64,000 nucleotides of DNA from Phoronis australis (taxonomy: Eukaryota; Animalia; Phoronida), in the NCBI GenBank assembly GCA_002633005.1, contig NMRA01000252.1, positions 1 to 64,000 of the forward strand. Direction: 5' to 3'. Below are positions 1 through 14,100 of this stretch, piece by piece. The number at the start of each line of letters is the position of its first letter. Within the stretch, counting starts at the first letter, position 1. The notes beneath the pieces were generated by a model. The model was not told where the DNA came from. It made no database searches and saw only the letters and a program-made list of their open reading frames with translations. A program made the translations under genes and the position numbers.

Positions 1-1151
1 TACTTGATTGCACGCTAACACAGGACAGTGACTTTGCCCCCGCCAAATACGTCACGAGACTAAGCAGCGCTCCAAGACGGTAATTTTTTTGAGCTTCGTT
101 AGAGATATAAGTTTAATTTTTGGTGTTGAATTATTTGTGAAATTAATCAACAATTCATAGAAAACTATCCAGAATTTATTCAGAATAAAATAAAGTTCCC
201 TTTTAAGAGCTTCGAGTGCTCAGAAGACAATGTGGCAAATTAGACACGGATATGCGTAGCCTACATGCAATTGCAATGCCATTTAAATAACAGATACAAA
301 TACTAAAATACGGATTTTGACTTTCGGCTTTCAATCTCAAAATCATTAGCAGCTTGTTGGGTAATTGCCACGGAAACTCCTGTGTTCCATCATTTTTTGG
401 GAAAATTTGGACTCTCAGGTTTGGAGTCCTGGGTTAACCTCTGGTGGCCAACAAAGTCAATAAACTTTGTCTGTTATGCTATTTAATCATGTTTTGTGAT
501 TTTGTTTAGTGATCAAGCAATATCAGCGGACAAGGGAAAGCTAAAACAAAATGGTAAAAACACACAACTTTGGAACATAATACGGCATACAAGGCAAGTT
601 TTAGACTTTCCATGTACAAATAAATGATTTATCATTTGTTCTATACCATTCTAGAACCTACCATCAGACAATATTTTAGGGGAAAACAGAAAAATGAAAA
701 AAAGAATCTTAACGTTTTTGAATGAAATTGGTGATATTTTACCAGCACTCAACACATGCCAAAGTGTCCACTCGTAAATAGGACTGATGCCACTTGCATT
801 TCTGGATTTGGGCTTACAAACAGTGGCAGCCAAAAAAAGCTGAACATCTGCTTGGCACCCGTAGGAGTAAGGTCAATTTTCTACAAGTATGTATTTTATT
901 TTTACCACTATTTTTGAGTGTTTACTCGCTTATGGCGAGCCCTGTTTGCTAGGTGCAAGTTTCCCCATTTCACACTGATCCGGTGTCAATGAAACATCGG
1001 TATGTGCAGGAGTTGGCATTACAGAAGCAGAGTTCTATGTTCAGGGCAATGGAATTGACTAGACAGTGACTACATTCTCTAGCTGGCTCAGTACTGATGG
1101 TGTAGCTCCTATAGAAGCTTTTCAGCAAATTGTGCCTCACAATGATTAAAA

Positions 1152-1580
1152 GATCAAAGTCACGTTGTTATCAGTACCTTCTGCACATAGAAGGGCAACT
1201 TAGGAGGCCATCAATGTCTTTAATTCCTTCCAAAATACTCTTGTTATCAAACTTTTTCTTCGAGCAGACCTTCATTCAGTTTCAAAAATTAGAAAATGGC
1301 CATCTTTAACATGGTTAGGCAATGACCATCGCCTCTGTTGGCCCGAAGCAGAGGCGATGTAGAGGCTATAGGCGCTCTGTACGCCGGAAGCTTTTCGGCG
1401 AATTATGCCTCGCACCGACTAAACCATCAAAGTCACGTTGTTACAAATACCTTTTGCGCATAGAGGAACACCTTAGGAGGTTGTCGATGTGTTTAATTCC
1501 TTCCAACTCGAACAAATACTCCCGTTATGAAACTTTTTCTTCGAGCAGTCCCTATTTCAGTTCCCAAAATCGTGAACTCA
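1152..1580 (+). repeat. Diverged direct repeat, period about 273 bp, running into an N-gap
   Basis: ATCAAAGTCACGTTGTTA..TTAGGAGG..TAATTCCTTCCAA..AAACTTTTTCTTCGAGCAG occurs at about 1153 and about 1426. Confidence 0.7.
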
Positions 1581-2167
1581 NNNNNNNNNNNNNNNNNNNN
1601 NNNNNNNNNNNNNNNNNNNNNNNNNNNNNNNNNNNNNNNNNNNNNNNNNNNNNNNNNNNNNNNNNNNNNNNAAAGAGCACTATACTCTCAAATACAAACA
1701 TGAAATTTGGACAGGATGTAGTTTAGATGCGTGCGCATCTCCTCAAGTTGTTTTGTCGAAGTCAAGGCCAAGTTTTCATGGCGAATTTTCGATCGTCCGG
1801 AAGGCCTAATTTTGGTCGGTCGGGAGATTGATGTTTTTCCAGTTGCGCAATATGCCCCCCCGATTTTTAGATGAGGAATTTATCACTCTTTTAATTGGTA
1901 ATTATTTCATTTCCAGAAATTCTGTCAAACTGCTGCGCATTGGCACTTTTCAAACAGCAGTCGTTAGTTCACTAAGTCGCCGCATGTCAGCGCCACCATC
2001 GGCTACGTTGAAGTTCAATGGCATCGCAACTTCACCGTTCGAAATAAAGTTGTTACAAAGTTTTTGTAGCGTAAATGATGAAATCCTTTATCTTAAGAGT
2101 GATTTGTTTTCCCAAATGGTCTTTTGTCTACTTTCTGATGTTTTTTGCCATGATACGATCTAATGGT

Positions 2168-2425
2168 ACATGGGTGGCACCCAGCACTGAAAAAAGTGAG
2201 GGAGCTATAGCCTCCCCCAGCCCCCTGTCACTGTCAGGCAATGATGTGTTGCCCATGTAGTAGTATTCAGGGGCAGATCTAGGATTTTTAAATAGGAGGG
2301 GGGGCAGGGCAGAGTATTACGCAGGATTTTACCCGTAAGATATTTGCACCCTCAAACTGCCAAATGAAATATGGGAGTTTTAGGGGGGCCACGGGCCAGG
2401 CCCCCTTGCCCCCCCAAATCCACCA
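2168..2425. mobile_element. Two adjacent short MITE-like elements (CATGGG..CCCATG and CAGGGGCAGATC..)
   Basis: Short terminal inverted repeats with G/C-run cores; relatives at 35318-35380, 59985-60055 and 62027-62184. Confidence 0.5.
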
Positions 2426-3191
2426 ATGTGATCTTGTGATTTGATGTGAACTTTCCTCCTAGCTCAGATGTATTTATTTCTGAGCTGATGTGGTGTCTTT
2501 GCTCTTTACCTTTTAAGCTGTGTAATCCATTGTTTTCAACAAACATGATGAGCCTGTTCTCATGATAACAACACACTTAAAACAGCAATATCTCTGTAGA
2601 AATCGATCCAAAATTTATGTAATACACACCACCATGTTTGTCTCAATGAGACGAATCTTTTTATATGCAGCACATGTATATTCTTTTATTTTTTACGAAA
2701 TTAGGTAAAAGGCAGATATTTTACGCATTATCGTCGCGTTTCAACGGCCATTTTCTCTTCAACCGCTCATCCAATTTTTCTGATTTTTGCACCATTTCAT
2801 TTCTCACACCAAGGGCTTTTCAGAAATGTATGACACATGGGTATTGTAAAAAAAAATTGAAAAACGCTGTCCTCCCTACTAATTATCGCTCTTCAAACGT
2901 TCATAAAAAGTCAACGGCTTAATGGATTTTGTTAATTTTTTTTGTTTGACTCTGTTTTTGATGTTTTATTAAATCAATGCATTTTTAAATATTAAATAAG
3001 AATTTGAAATTTTTTGTCACGTCCCTACTATAATCTATAGTCTATGGTGGAATTCGCCTAGAGCAATAAGATAAACTTAAAGCATGCCCAGGCCTGTTCA
3101 AATGGAGACTAGTTTTGATCTTTGAAACAGAGGAAAATAATATAGTCTTTTTTACAGAATTAATAAATAAATGACTTTAAATTATACAAAC

Positions 3192-3449
3192 CACGTGTTG
3201 ACATGCATCTAAGGGCGACAGTTTCTGAGCTTCTACCAAAAACTTTTCGTCGGTCAACTTCATTTCGAACTTCGTCTTCGAGTTTAAAACTGTCGTCGAA
3301 GGAGGCACAGATTTTTTCTCTGTTTCCAGAATTTTCGCCTCCAAATTCGAACCAAACAACCATGAAACAAAGCCAGCATGAACCACTGTAGTGAAAAATA
3401 AATATAAAGTTAAAAGCGATAACAAGCAAAGGTTTCGCAGCGACTTCAT
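3192..3449 (-). CDS. bmb: Brambleberry-like nuclear envelope fusion protein, first coding exon (rest of gene lies left of this exon, probably outside the window)
   Basis: ATG at 3449. Signal peptide MKSLRNLCLLSLLTLYLFFTTVVHAG is followed by FVSWLFG and FEMKLTDEKFLVEAQKLSPLDACQHV, which I recognise as the brambleberry N-terminal motif (FEMxxxDEKFLxEA...LSPLDxC). Probable donor GTTTGT at 3191. I found no further exon in 1-3190. Confidence 0.8.
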
Positions 3450-3750
3450 TGTCACGCCCGTTTAAATGTCCCACTTTTCTGTATATGGTCTAAATAATTA
3501 ATATATTTATGATATACTGTTTAATTTTTCATCTGCAGAGATCAACTAATTTAAAATACTATGAAAAAAGGTAAATTTTCACAGAAATAATACTTTTAAT
3601 AGAGAATGTTTTTTCTTTTTGAATTTATTGTCAAGTTAATAATATATTTTCACGATGATCTGTACAAAATACAACATCCGGTTGTTGTGTCATGCTGCAG
3701 CAAGAAGTCGAAGGGCACTGTCTCACATTTCTGTTTTGGTTGGTGTTGGT
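3450..3750. promoter_or_regulatory. Putative bidirectional promoter between bmb and SHPRH, including a probable non-coding SHPRH first exon ending at 3750
   Basis: Short AT-rich spacer between divergent genes. A GTAAGA donor at 3751 and a TACAG acceptor ending at 4418, just before the SHPRH ATG at 4435, suggest a 5'UTR intron. Confidence 0.45.
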
Positions 3751-4434
3751 GTAAGAGTCTGTGCAATATGCTTGATATTTAACAAATTCAGGAGGTTATG
3801 TGCAAATATATCAAATCAGGCCAAATTTTTAGTCAACTCAACAATACGTAAAAATACTAGTTACAACCCTGTGGCCTGTGTCTGTGAGTGTGATAGGCTA
3901 CTTCACTTCAGTACTTGTCTTCAGTAGGCCTACTTGAGAGTTGAGTACGTCAGTACTGGTGCCGTGGTCTGAGGTTTTGGCAAGCAAAATCATCAATCAT
4001 AATCAGGAAGCCATCATAGTTTTGGCAATACCCATTGAGCTACCGAGTTAAAAACCAATCGTATGCTAAAAATAATGTGGTGCATCTGTACATTCTGTAC
4101 TGTATCTAAGACCTCTGGCCCTGATGACTCATGGTTTGGACGCCTGGAATACAAGTGGAATAGATTTGAAGCGAGAGGTACCAGGTTTGAAACTTGGAAC
4201 AAGGTGATTTTTCACTTTTCTGGGGCCCCACGTTGAGTGCCGGTTCGTTCACGTTGATCCTGACTAGCTTGGCATTTGAGTCCATGGTAAAAGTAGTAAA
4301 GTAACAAGAAATAATTTCTCAAAGCACAGACAAGAACATGTTTTGCAGTTGTATTCTGTTGCAATAATGACCCCAACTGGCTTAATTCGTGGCTGAAATC
4401 TGTTACATATGTCTACAGGTGATACTGGCTGATA

Positions 4435-5113
4435 ATGGTGAAAAGAAAACAGGGTGCACCAAGCAAATGTGATGAAGACAAGCGCCAACGGGCAACATGG
4501 TCCATGCGTGATAGTCATAGTCAGGAAGAGACCACAAGTTATGCATTATCGAGTGATAATGGAACAAGTGCAGGGGATGCTGGGAAAGTTATGGTGACAA
4601 TGAAAGATAGTGATCAGCTTCACAAAAAATTACAGAAGAGTCAGTTCAGTTTCAGTGTCTATAGTTCTTTAGAAGCCAAGCCTGGTGACTGGCATTGTCA
4701 GCTTGGAACTTTATTCATTCAGTTGGCCACATCAACAGGTGACTACCCAGTGCTGCCTCCTGTGGACCAGTATTGGGCATATGTTAGTTTAGAGCCTGGT
4801 GAAAGTTTTGTGTATTTTGATTTGGACACGGAAACTGGAAAATTTAAAGGGAAAAGAAAAGGTGTGGCATCTAAATATGAATTCTACAGCGCTAAATTTT
4901 CTTTACCCTTCAATGCTCTGAGGAGTCTACAGCCTAAACAGTGTGTCAAGGTGGTTCAGTCTAGCTACTCACCATCCTCGGGTCAGCTCATATGTACTGT
5001 CCACCTATTGGAGGGAGGTCTTCACAAACTGAAGTTTGACTCTGAAGCACCAAGGCAAAAAAATGCTTCGCGCATTCAACTAATGGAACATTTCTTCAAC
5101 ATTCCTTCTCCAG
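4435..5113 (+). CDS. SHPRH: SHPRH coding exon 1 (N-terminal region)
   Basis: Long ORF starting [24 protein letters not shown], similar to the SHPRH N-terminus; phase-1 GT donor at 5114. Confidence 0.85.
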
Positions 5114-8100
5114 GTGATCAAACTTACACTAGACTTTTCGTTGTTTTATTCACATGCAAAATTTGCTGACTTTGCCTCTACTGTGTTTCTGTTGTACCAA
5201 ATGCAATACTTTTTGTGTTTCAGCTTGATGCCCTTGAAGAGGCAGTCTCGTGTTGTAAACATAATTTTTGTTTTGTGATATGGAAATATTTTGATTGACT
5301 CTTATAGCGGAACTGATTACTACTCCTGCTAAATAGTCTCATTGCTTGCAGTGCCATGTATGATCTCTAAAATCAGTTTGACACGTCTGCTCAATTTTGT
5401 CTGGTAATCATGAAGTACGAAGAATTCATTGAAGGCCTCTAATTGTTTTTGTCAGAGAGGTGTTAAAGTTGTGCCCTTATTCAGCAACAAATTGCTAAAA
5501 TCACATGGTGCCTGTTACTTGTTTCTAAATCAATCTGCTATTTATATGTTAATATGGCAAGATTAAGAATTATTAGTCTCTTTCACGCCATCTGTTGGTG
5601 ACATCACGTGACTGTAGTAAAGTCTGAAGTGATTTTTGTCCACTGGTGGTCTCGATTGCTCAGTGGACTAAAGCATCTGTACAGATAGTAGAAAGTGTGG
5701 CATTCAATCCCTGGTCAGGACAGAGATCTTCAGACTAAACTGTATGTCTCAGGACAGAGATCTTCAGACTAAACTGTATGTCTCAGGACAGAGATCTTCA
5801 GACTAAACTGTATGTCTCAGGACAGAGATCTTCGGACTAAACTGTATGTCTCAGGACAGAGATCTTCTGACTAAACTGTATGTCTCAGGACAGAGATCTT
5901 CAGACTAAACTGTATGTCGCATTACGTGACTAACATATGGCTAATAATTCTTATATTCATATTGTGCTATTTGTTCACAAACTTTGACCAAGCTTTAAAT
6001 TTCCAGCTGTGTCTGATGTCCCGCCTAATCGTCACCATGACATCTCCTTGATTTATGAGGCCATTAAGCAGATACACTTGAAACAGTTGCCCCAGGTTGT
6101 CGTGAATGCTCAACATCCCAGCCTCAATCCTAGTCTACGGCCTTACCAACAGGAGGCAGTCAAGTGGATGTTGCAGAAAGAAGGATACATGGTGATATCT
6201 GATGGTAAGAATAGAATGTCCAAAAGTGCTTCTTTAGCAGATTGTAAACGTCCAAAAATGAAGAATCCAATAGAATCTTCTGTTTGAGACTTTGGACATC
6301 AGCCTCACACTTTTGGGGTGCCTCACGTCAATGAAAATAACATGCTGCTGAAGAAGTTGTGCTTAGTTTTGTGTTTCTGGTTNTTCAGACTAAACTGTAT
6401 GTCTCAGGACAGAGATCTTCAGACTAAACTGTATGTCTCAGGACAGAGATCTTCAGACTAAACTATATGTCGCATTACGTGACTAACATATGGCTAATAA
6501 TTCTTATATTCATATTGTGCTATTTGTTCGCAAACTTTGACCAAGCTTTAAATTTCCAGCTGTGTCTGATGTCCCGCCTAGTCATCACCATGACATCTCC
6601 TTGATTTATGAGGCCATTAAGCAGATACACTTGAAACAGTTGCCCCAGGTTGTCGTGAATGCTCAACATCCCAGCCTCAATCCTAGTCTACGGCCTTACC
6701 AACAAGAGGCAGTCAAGTGGATGTTGCAGAAAGAAGGATACATGGTGATATCTGATGGTAAGAATAGAATGTCCAAAAGTGCTTCTTTAGCAGATTGTAA
6801 ACGTCCAAAAATGAAGAATCCAATAGAATCTTCTGTTTGAGACTTTGGACATCAGCCTCACACTTTTGGGGTGCCTCACGTCAATGAAAATAACATGCTG
6901 CTGAAGAAGTTGTGCTTAGTTTTGTGTTTCTGGTTATAAATTTAGGTCTTCTATGAGGTTGTCATTGAAAAGTATGACATGCCTGCGAGTGACTTTAGAG
7001 TGTCCTTGTTAAAGATATGTTGAGCTATGCTTTGGTGGCTCAAAAATGACTTCATAGTAAAGATAAATAAGGATGTAGCAGATTAAATAGAGATCTTTAG
7101 ATTCCATGAAAAACTGTCATGTTTACTTTAACTTTACGACATTAATTTAAGGCAGCAAATATAAAAACAAAAGGTTTCTATGCATAAGATGGCTAACAAA
7201 CGCAAATTGAAAATTTTTCGTTAATATGATATTTTGTCATTTAAGCACCTTGACAATCAAGATTTGAAATAAAGTGGCTCCTGTAATTAATTGGAGATTT
7301 GACTTTTGACAATGATTTTAGAATTAGTCAGAATTTACTTCTCCAGTTGCGTAGCTGCCTTGCCTCCTGAGTCTGGCTCAGTCATATGTGTTGTACATGT
7401 GTGTGGCAGGACAGCCAGCTCTGACCCAGCAGTGCAGACAGTAAAATATTTCTAATTTGTGGTGGAGAAACTGCCTACAGTGTGGATAACTGTACTCATC
7501 TGCCAGTTTTGGCACGCATTTTGCTCATCACTTTAAATTCATCAAATATCAGCATTACTTTTGAGGCACAAGTAAAAGTACTGATAGTGTGAAACTCACA
7601 TTTCATGGAGCACTGTTGCTTTTACTTTTTAATTGGAACTACTAGTAAGCGTAAAAGTAAAAGACATATTATACTTAAAAATATTTAGTTTTCTGTTAAG
7701 GATACAAACCTTATTCATTAAAAATGGCAGTTTTTACAATATTTCACATGTCTAGCAAAACACCTTTTCTTCATTCTTGGGGAAGTTCAAATACGAAATA
7801 TATATATCATGTAGCGAGAAAAAATAGATTTAGCAGAACTACCTTGGAACCGCACAACTGTAAGGAAATTTGTTTACTTTTTATGCTATGTCAAAGATTA
7901 CAGGACTGTCACTCAAATCGAATTTCCTGGCGCCAGGCATAGAGCAGTTTCATTCATCAAGTGGCCATGATATTTGAGTCAACGAGGTGAACATAGCATA
8001 GAACGATACCACGCAAAGCGCAAATAAAACATGAATTTTATACGGAGAGATTTGTGCGTCTGTTGCATACAATTATTGAGAATGAATGCCCTGAATCCGA

Positions 8101-11100
8101 GTGTGAACCGTCTCTGTGACTTAGTATTCACTAACACAACCAGTTGCTAAAAAAGATAAATCCTCCCTGAAATTCGTTAATTTGACCGGTAATTTGACAT
8201 TTCGCTGTTTCGATCTCGTGCTCATGGGGAGCTTTAATCACCGACTCGATTTCTATTGTACTTGGTTTCTTGATATCATTCTCCCTGGTGCATGGTGTGT
8301 ATACAATGAACTGTTGCTTTACTTATTGCTGACTCCGCCTTCTGACCTAGATAATGCAAGGTACAAGAAACTCCACGTATAAAATTAAAACATTTTAGTG
8401 ATAATTAAGTTAAATACGCACTACAAATTCAGTTGACATTGCAAGTGAATATTGAAATAGCGAAGATTGTTAAGACACGTATAGGTTGTATTGAACAAAA
8501 ACAAGTTTTCACTGAATAATTGGCCAAAGACCTTGAGATTTTCACGTCTTACAGCGTTTTCTCAGCTTTGGCAAATTGACTTAATTTGAAGTTAGGAACA
8601 CGAGTTCTCGAAAACGGCTTGGTGAATTTCGCTGAAACTTTCCAAACTTGATATTTATTCATCAATTTCAAAAATGCTGTTAGTATTTTCGACAGGCCAC
8701 ATTTTTGTGTAATGTAACGAAGACAAATACGACTGTTATTTTTTATTTTATACTTCAAGGTTTGTGACTTAATTTGTCATAGATAGCAAACTGAAAGACT
8801 AATCGAAAATTCCTAACTGCGTTTTTGAGATAACTGGTGAAGTTTTCGTTAAAAAAAGGTTTCATTAAAAGCAACCGAGAGGTTATTTTACTATGAATTC
8901 TGACTTAAAAAGTGTTAATGTAGTAATAATAATGGCACATAAAATTAAAACATATTTTTATAATCCCTGATCTTTCAGAAAATATTTACTAGTTGACAAA
9001 GCCTGGTTGTTTTGACATACAAGTTAGAATGGAGGCCACTACCGTTTGAGATAACGTTAAGCCAAAATGACAACTTTGAGGTCCATTCCGACTGCAGTAT
9101 ACACCTTAGAAAACACGAAGTGTTGCCTTGTTGTTTTAACATACCGGTATTAAATCAAACACATTCAACACTCACTATTGTGTGAAACAGGCTAATTCAA
9201 AATCTGTAGTTAGTTACACCGCTTCAGCTGCACTCATTATTGCTTTAAAGTGGAACTTGCATGCTAAATTCTTTATCTCTGTGATTGCTTGGTTAAAATT
9301 AAATAGAAATACAACATATATCAAGCGACATGTGAGTACGAAGTATGTTGAAAATTGCCAAATGTTTTTAAGAATGAGTTTTATGTCAAAAATGATCTGC
9401 CATAAATCATTCACAACCGTGTCCAGTAAGTATCGTGGTGTTGGTGCGGGCTATGTGAACCCCCATGGTGTGTCATTAGTGCAAAAGTCACCTATTTGCA
9501 GAATTTTTTGTTTTCATATTTACAAGTGTCAGTGAATACAACTACACTTTTTAGCATAGTTCAAATAGCATCGTTTAGTTCCTGATATACTTTAGCATAG
9601 ATAGGAGCATGCAAATACCTCTTCAGGGTTTGAAATTACAATTACTGTTGTGGTATGTTTTCAGATGCCTTACCAGTGCCAAGTCTACATCCCCTGTATC
9701 AGACTGTAACTACCTTGGATGCACAGACCCTCTATTATAATAAGTTTGCAGGAATGTAAGAAGGATTTTATTTTTAACTTTGGAAAAACAGTCCACAGAG
9801 CTTGGCATAAATATGTCGGTATTTTGAAAATGCAAGTGCTCATTTCGCAGTAATGACTCGCTAAGACAAAACCTGCAGTCAGCTGGTAACTACGCAAAAG
9901 TTAATTAATTTTTACTTTACTTTATAGATATCAGATATTTTGTGAATTATATCATTAGAAAGCTTATGAATTGGTCTTTGTGGTTATATGTTTGTTGTCA
10001 GTAAATGAAATAAAACGAAGCTAAAGGAGCGAAGTGAACATTTATCTTTTTTGTGAATGAACAGCCATTTCTGCTTGATGTACATGGGGTACCTATTTTG
10101 TGTGCATGTGTTGGGAATGGTCCCTTCTGATTGATGATGAACAGTTGTGACTTCCACCTGTTTAATTCCTATAATATTATGAGAGCATGATCGGGTGTGT
10201 GCGTGGAGACTTGGGGATTTTTACCAAGCTGCTAGCCAAAATCTTGGGTCACAGTGCATCCTGCATGTCTCTCAAATCAAGTCTTGAAGTCATACGAGAT
10301 GTGTGTGTTGTATCTAGTCTCTGGTGTTACTGTGCAGAGAGTTCAGAATTATAGTCTGACCTGAAATGGTGTTTTTGCGTATGTCTGCATGCTGTAGTTG
10401 TTCTCTGGAAATTGTGTTTTAAGTTATAATCTCTTGCAGGGGTCCCACATTTTAAGAGTCAGTTTTGTCCTCCGAATAACAGACATCAAATTAGTTCTCA
10501 AAAACTGGGACCCCTGTAAGGACTATTGCTGTGTTTCATCTGTCCAGGCAGAGAATCTTTTCGTCACCTTTCTTCTCCCTGAACTGGAATATCTTGTAAC
10601 TTATCTTGGCTGTACCCATGGTATACTACTATCTTAAGAATGATTTAATGGTGTTGAAATCTAAAAAAATTAATGTGAAGAGTAATTGTCTCAGCACAGA
10701 TTTAAACTTTTTGAAATAGTTTGTTGGGTGCCTAATTCAATTATTTTTTGGTATTTTGTCAGGAGTTTTTGCCACATCCTCCTATATTTTAGACTTGTAA
10801 GGGATAAACCCTTTGCGAAGGTGTCTCCTCCTGGGGGAGTTTTGGCAGATGAAATGGGCTTGGGCAAAACAATTGAGGTGCTGTCTTGCATACTGACTCA
10901 CCAGCGGACTGATCTACCCCAGCGTGACAGGCGAACTCCTGGAGCGGAACTTGTCATTCCACCCTATTTGGCCACAGACACCAACTCAAAGAGCGGTACT
11001 TCAGTTTCAATGAGTGACTCCACAGTTTCGACCTGTGACTATCAAGTTTCAACCAGTGACTGTTCAGTTTCAAACTGTAAAACTTGTACATGCTTGGATA

Positions 11101-14100
11101 TCAACTGTGATCACATTGATCCAGTTAAAACAAACAGCTGTGATGGAAATGTTTTACACAATGTGGAACTTCTCAAATCAACAGCAGAAGATAAGCCGTT
11201 ACTTAATCCTGATGCAAAAATAGGTTACAGCTCACAAAACATGGAGAGTGCTTGTATATCAGCTGATGTTTCATTGAAAGCGAGTTGTGAACTCGAGCCC
11301 AAGCCTAACACTAGCAGTGGTGTCTCGTGTGTGGTCAGACAGACAAATGGTAACCTGAGATTAGAGTGTGTCTGTGGCAAAGATCAGTGTGAAGACGATA
11401 ACAAGAGTCGTATTCAGTGTACTAACTGTGGTCTACTGCAGCATCCAGACTGTGTTCACTATGACATCAATGATCCGTACAGGGGACCTTTCAGATGTCC
11501 GCACTGCCATGTCACTGAGGTAACTAGGCTGACTAGCTATCTTTTTGTAGCGTAGTTTTAAGTATGGTAATGCAGTTTGTCTGTAGCCTTCTAGTTCTGT
11601 CAGGTTTGTGTTGAACATTCAAACTGCCGTGAATTTCTTATCTCAAGGATATTTATTAAGTTCTTGTTTTGACTCGGTTTTATCAAGTATGCAAAAGGTG
11701 GCTACCATTCAATGCTTTCTCTTTTGGTCAAAATATTCAACAGTCTATATTTTTCTGGTCCCATACATTTGAATTTTAGTGGATAATGTTTCTCAAAAGT
11801 CAACCTTACTGTTATGAGCATCGTGTTGTCTGCTGGTTCTCAATAAAAACATTAATTTGTATGATTTGCAGTTGCTTTAGCATTGCATTCAATCAGTCTA
11901 ACATGACTTTACCCCTCAATGTCTGATCTACATTACAGCTGCCACCTTGATTGTGGCACCTCAGTCTATATGACCAGTGACTCTCAAATGTAGCCCTTGG
12001 TTGACCTATATTGCTGGCCCCCATTACCTCAGTTGCCACACTGATTGTAGCACGTCAGTCTATATGACCTACTAGTCACTACTCCAATCCTCAATGTCTG
12101 ACCTGTATTACAGGCCCCCATCCCCTCGGCCGCCACCCTGATCGTGGCACCTCAGTCTATTTGTTACCAGTGGACTGAAGAGATCAGGAAGCATGTGAAG
12201 AAAGAGCGGCTCAAAGTGTTTGTAAGTGTTAACCCTGATTACTCACATTGTGTACTAGACTTAGTTAATACCTTGTTGCATATATAGTGTTAACCCTGAT
12301 TACTCACATTGTCCACTAGACTTAGTTAATACCTTGTTGCATATATAGTGTTAACCCTGATTACTCACATTGTCCACTAGACTTAGTTAATACCTTGTTG
12401 CATATATAGTGTTAACCCTGATTACTCACATTGTGTACTAGACTTAGTTAATACCTTGTTGCATATATAGTGTTAACCCTGATTACTCACATTGTGTACT
12501 AGACTTAGTTAATATACCTTGTTGCATATTTTGGTCATCTCAACCTTCACACCTTTACTGCTATTTTTCCTGATCACTGGTTTCACCAAACCTAGAAATA
12601 TAATAATTACTTAATAGTTGATATGTTTAATGTGTATATCATAAATCAGAAAACTAATTGAAGATGTCATCATGCAGACATCTCTTTAATCTCTGGACAG
12701 GTTTATACTGGGGTACATAATCAAGGCTTCATACAGCCACAGACACTGGCTGACCATGATATAGTGATCACAGCATATGAGACTCTGAGGTCAGAGGTCA
12801 ATTATGTGGACTTGCCCCACTGCAACAGTAAGTGAATACAGATGGCACATCTCACTTGATAAAGTCTGAATCACTGGTGTTAACCATGACTCACGTACAT
12901 TTGCATAGTAAACAGTTGAAGATTAGTGTTCAAAGTTTGTTGTTACTTGAGCTTACACAGTAATTATATAGAAATGAATCAAATACTGGACTCGCATTCA
13001 GTGACATTTCATCTACATCTGTCATTGCAAAGTAATGGTTGCTGACAATTGGAATTAAATATCTTAAAGAGGATTATTTTATTAACAAAGTTTCCAAATC
13101 ATAATTCAAAAGCTGTAGGTCCGTGATTGCATCGCCGTGATTAGAAAGCATTAGGTTTGTCAGAGTTTCACCATAATTTGCCGTCAGTTTTTTTTGCCTT
13201 CTAGAAGTTTTTGTCTATTGCCAGTTAGTAATAAAGAACATGGTCACAGCCAAACTCATTATTTAAAGTATATTTTCAAAGTTTAACTAGTAAAAGACAG
13301 TGTTTTAATTAACTGGATGGACTGATTACACAGTCAACATGATTATCTTCAACAAGTATGAACTTGGGATGGTGACCAGGGGCACCAGCAGTCAACAAAC
13401 ATTAGGTACTTTTAATTTACCAGAGCAAAATGTCCATGTGAGATGGGTGTGCTCCTCACCTCTTGACCAATACTTGCCTAGAAGTAATATCTGTGTTACA
13501 TCATGAATTTACTAATCTAACTAAAGACGAAATCACTTGCATATGTTAAGTAGGACAGTAAAGAAGAAGTTGTTGGTTGTCCACAGGTGATGCTGGTCGA
13601 AGGTTGCGGCGCCCCAAGCGATTTATGGCTGTACCAAGTCCTATTGTAGCTGTAGAGTGGTGGAGAGTAAGTGTTTTGTTGTCTGTGATGCATTTTGTTA
13701 ATTGGGTTCACCATCAAATTTAATTTTTTCTTGAAGAGGTTGGTTACCTTCCTAAACATACCATAGCAAACCCCTAGTATTGGAATACTTATTCATTAAA
13801 TAAATACTCTCTTATTTTGCTACATGTTGCAAACTTGTGATTAATAAGATGTCTTCAGAACAAGTGATGATCATTGCAATAACAATAAATAGGAAGTGTC
13901 ACTATGTACACCACTACATCACTACAATGTCATCATGCCATCCAGCAGGAGAGTTTGTAAAATGAACTTTCTTGTATGCCACTGCACTTTTTGGCCCAGC
14001 CTGTGCGACTGCTTCGAGCTTAAGTTAGGGCTATGTTTTCAGATTTGTCTAGATGAAGCTCAGATGGTGGAGTGCACAACAACCAAAACGGCAGATATGG

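Noticed and set aside
5830-6935. Apparent tandem duplication of SHPRH exon 2 (6007-6204 and 6560-6757), suggesting mutually exclusive exons
   Set aside because: The copies meet at a single n (6383) and differ by only a few substitutions, including in intron sequence. This fits unmerged overlapping contig ends from two haplotypes.
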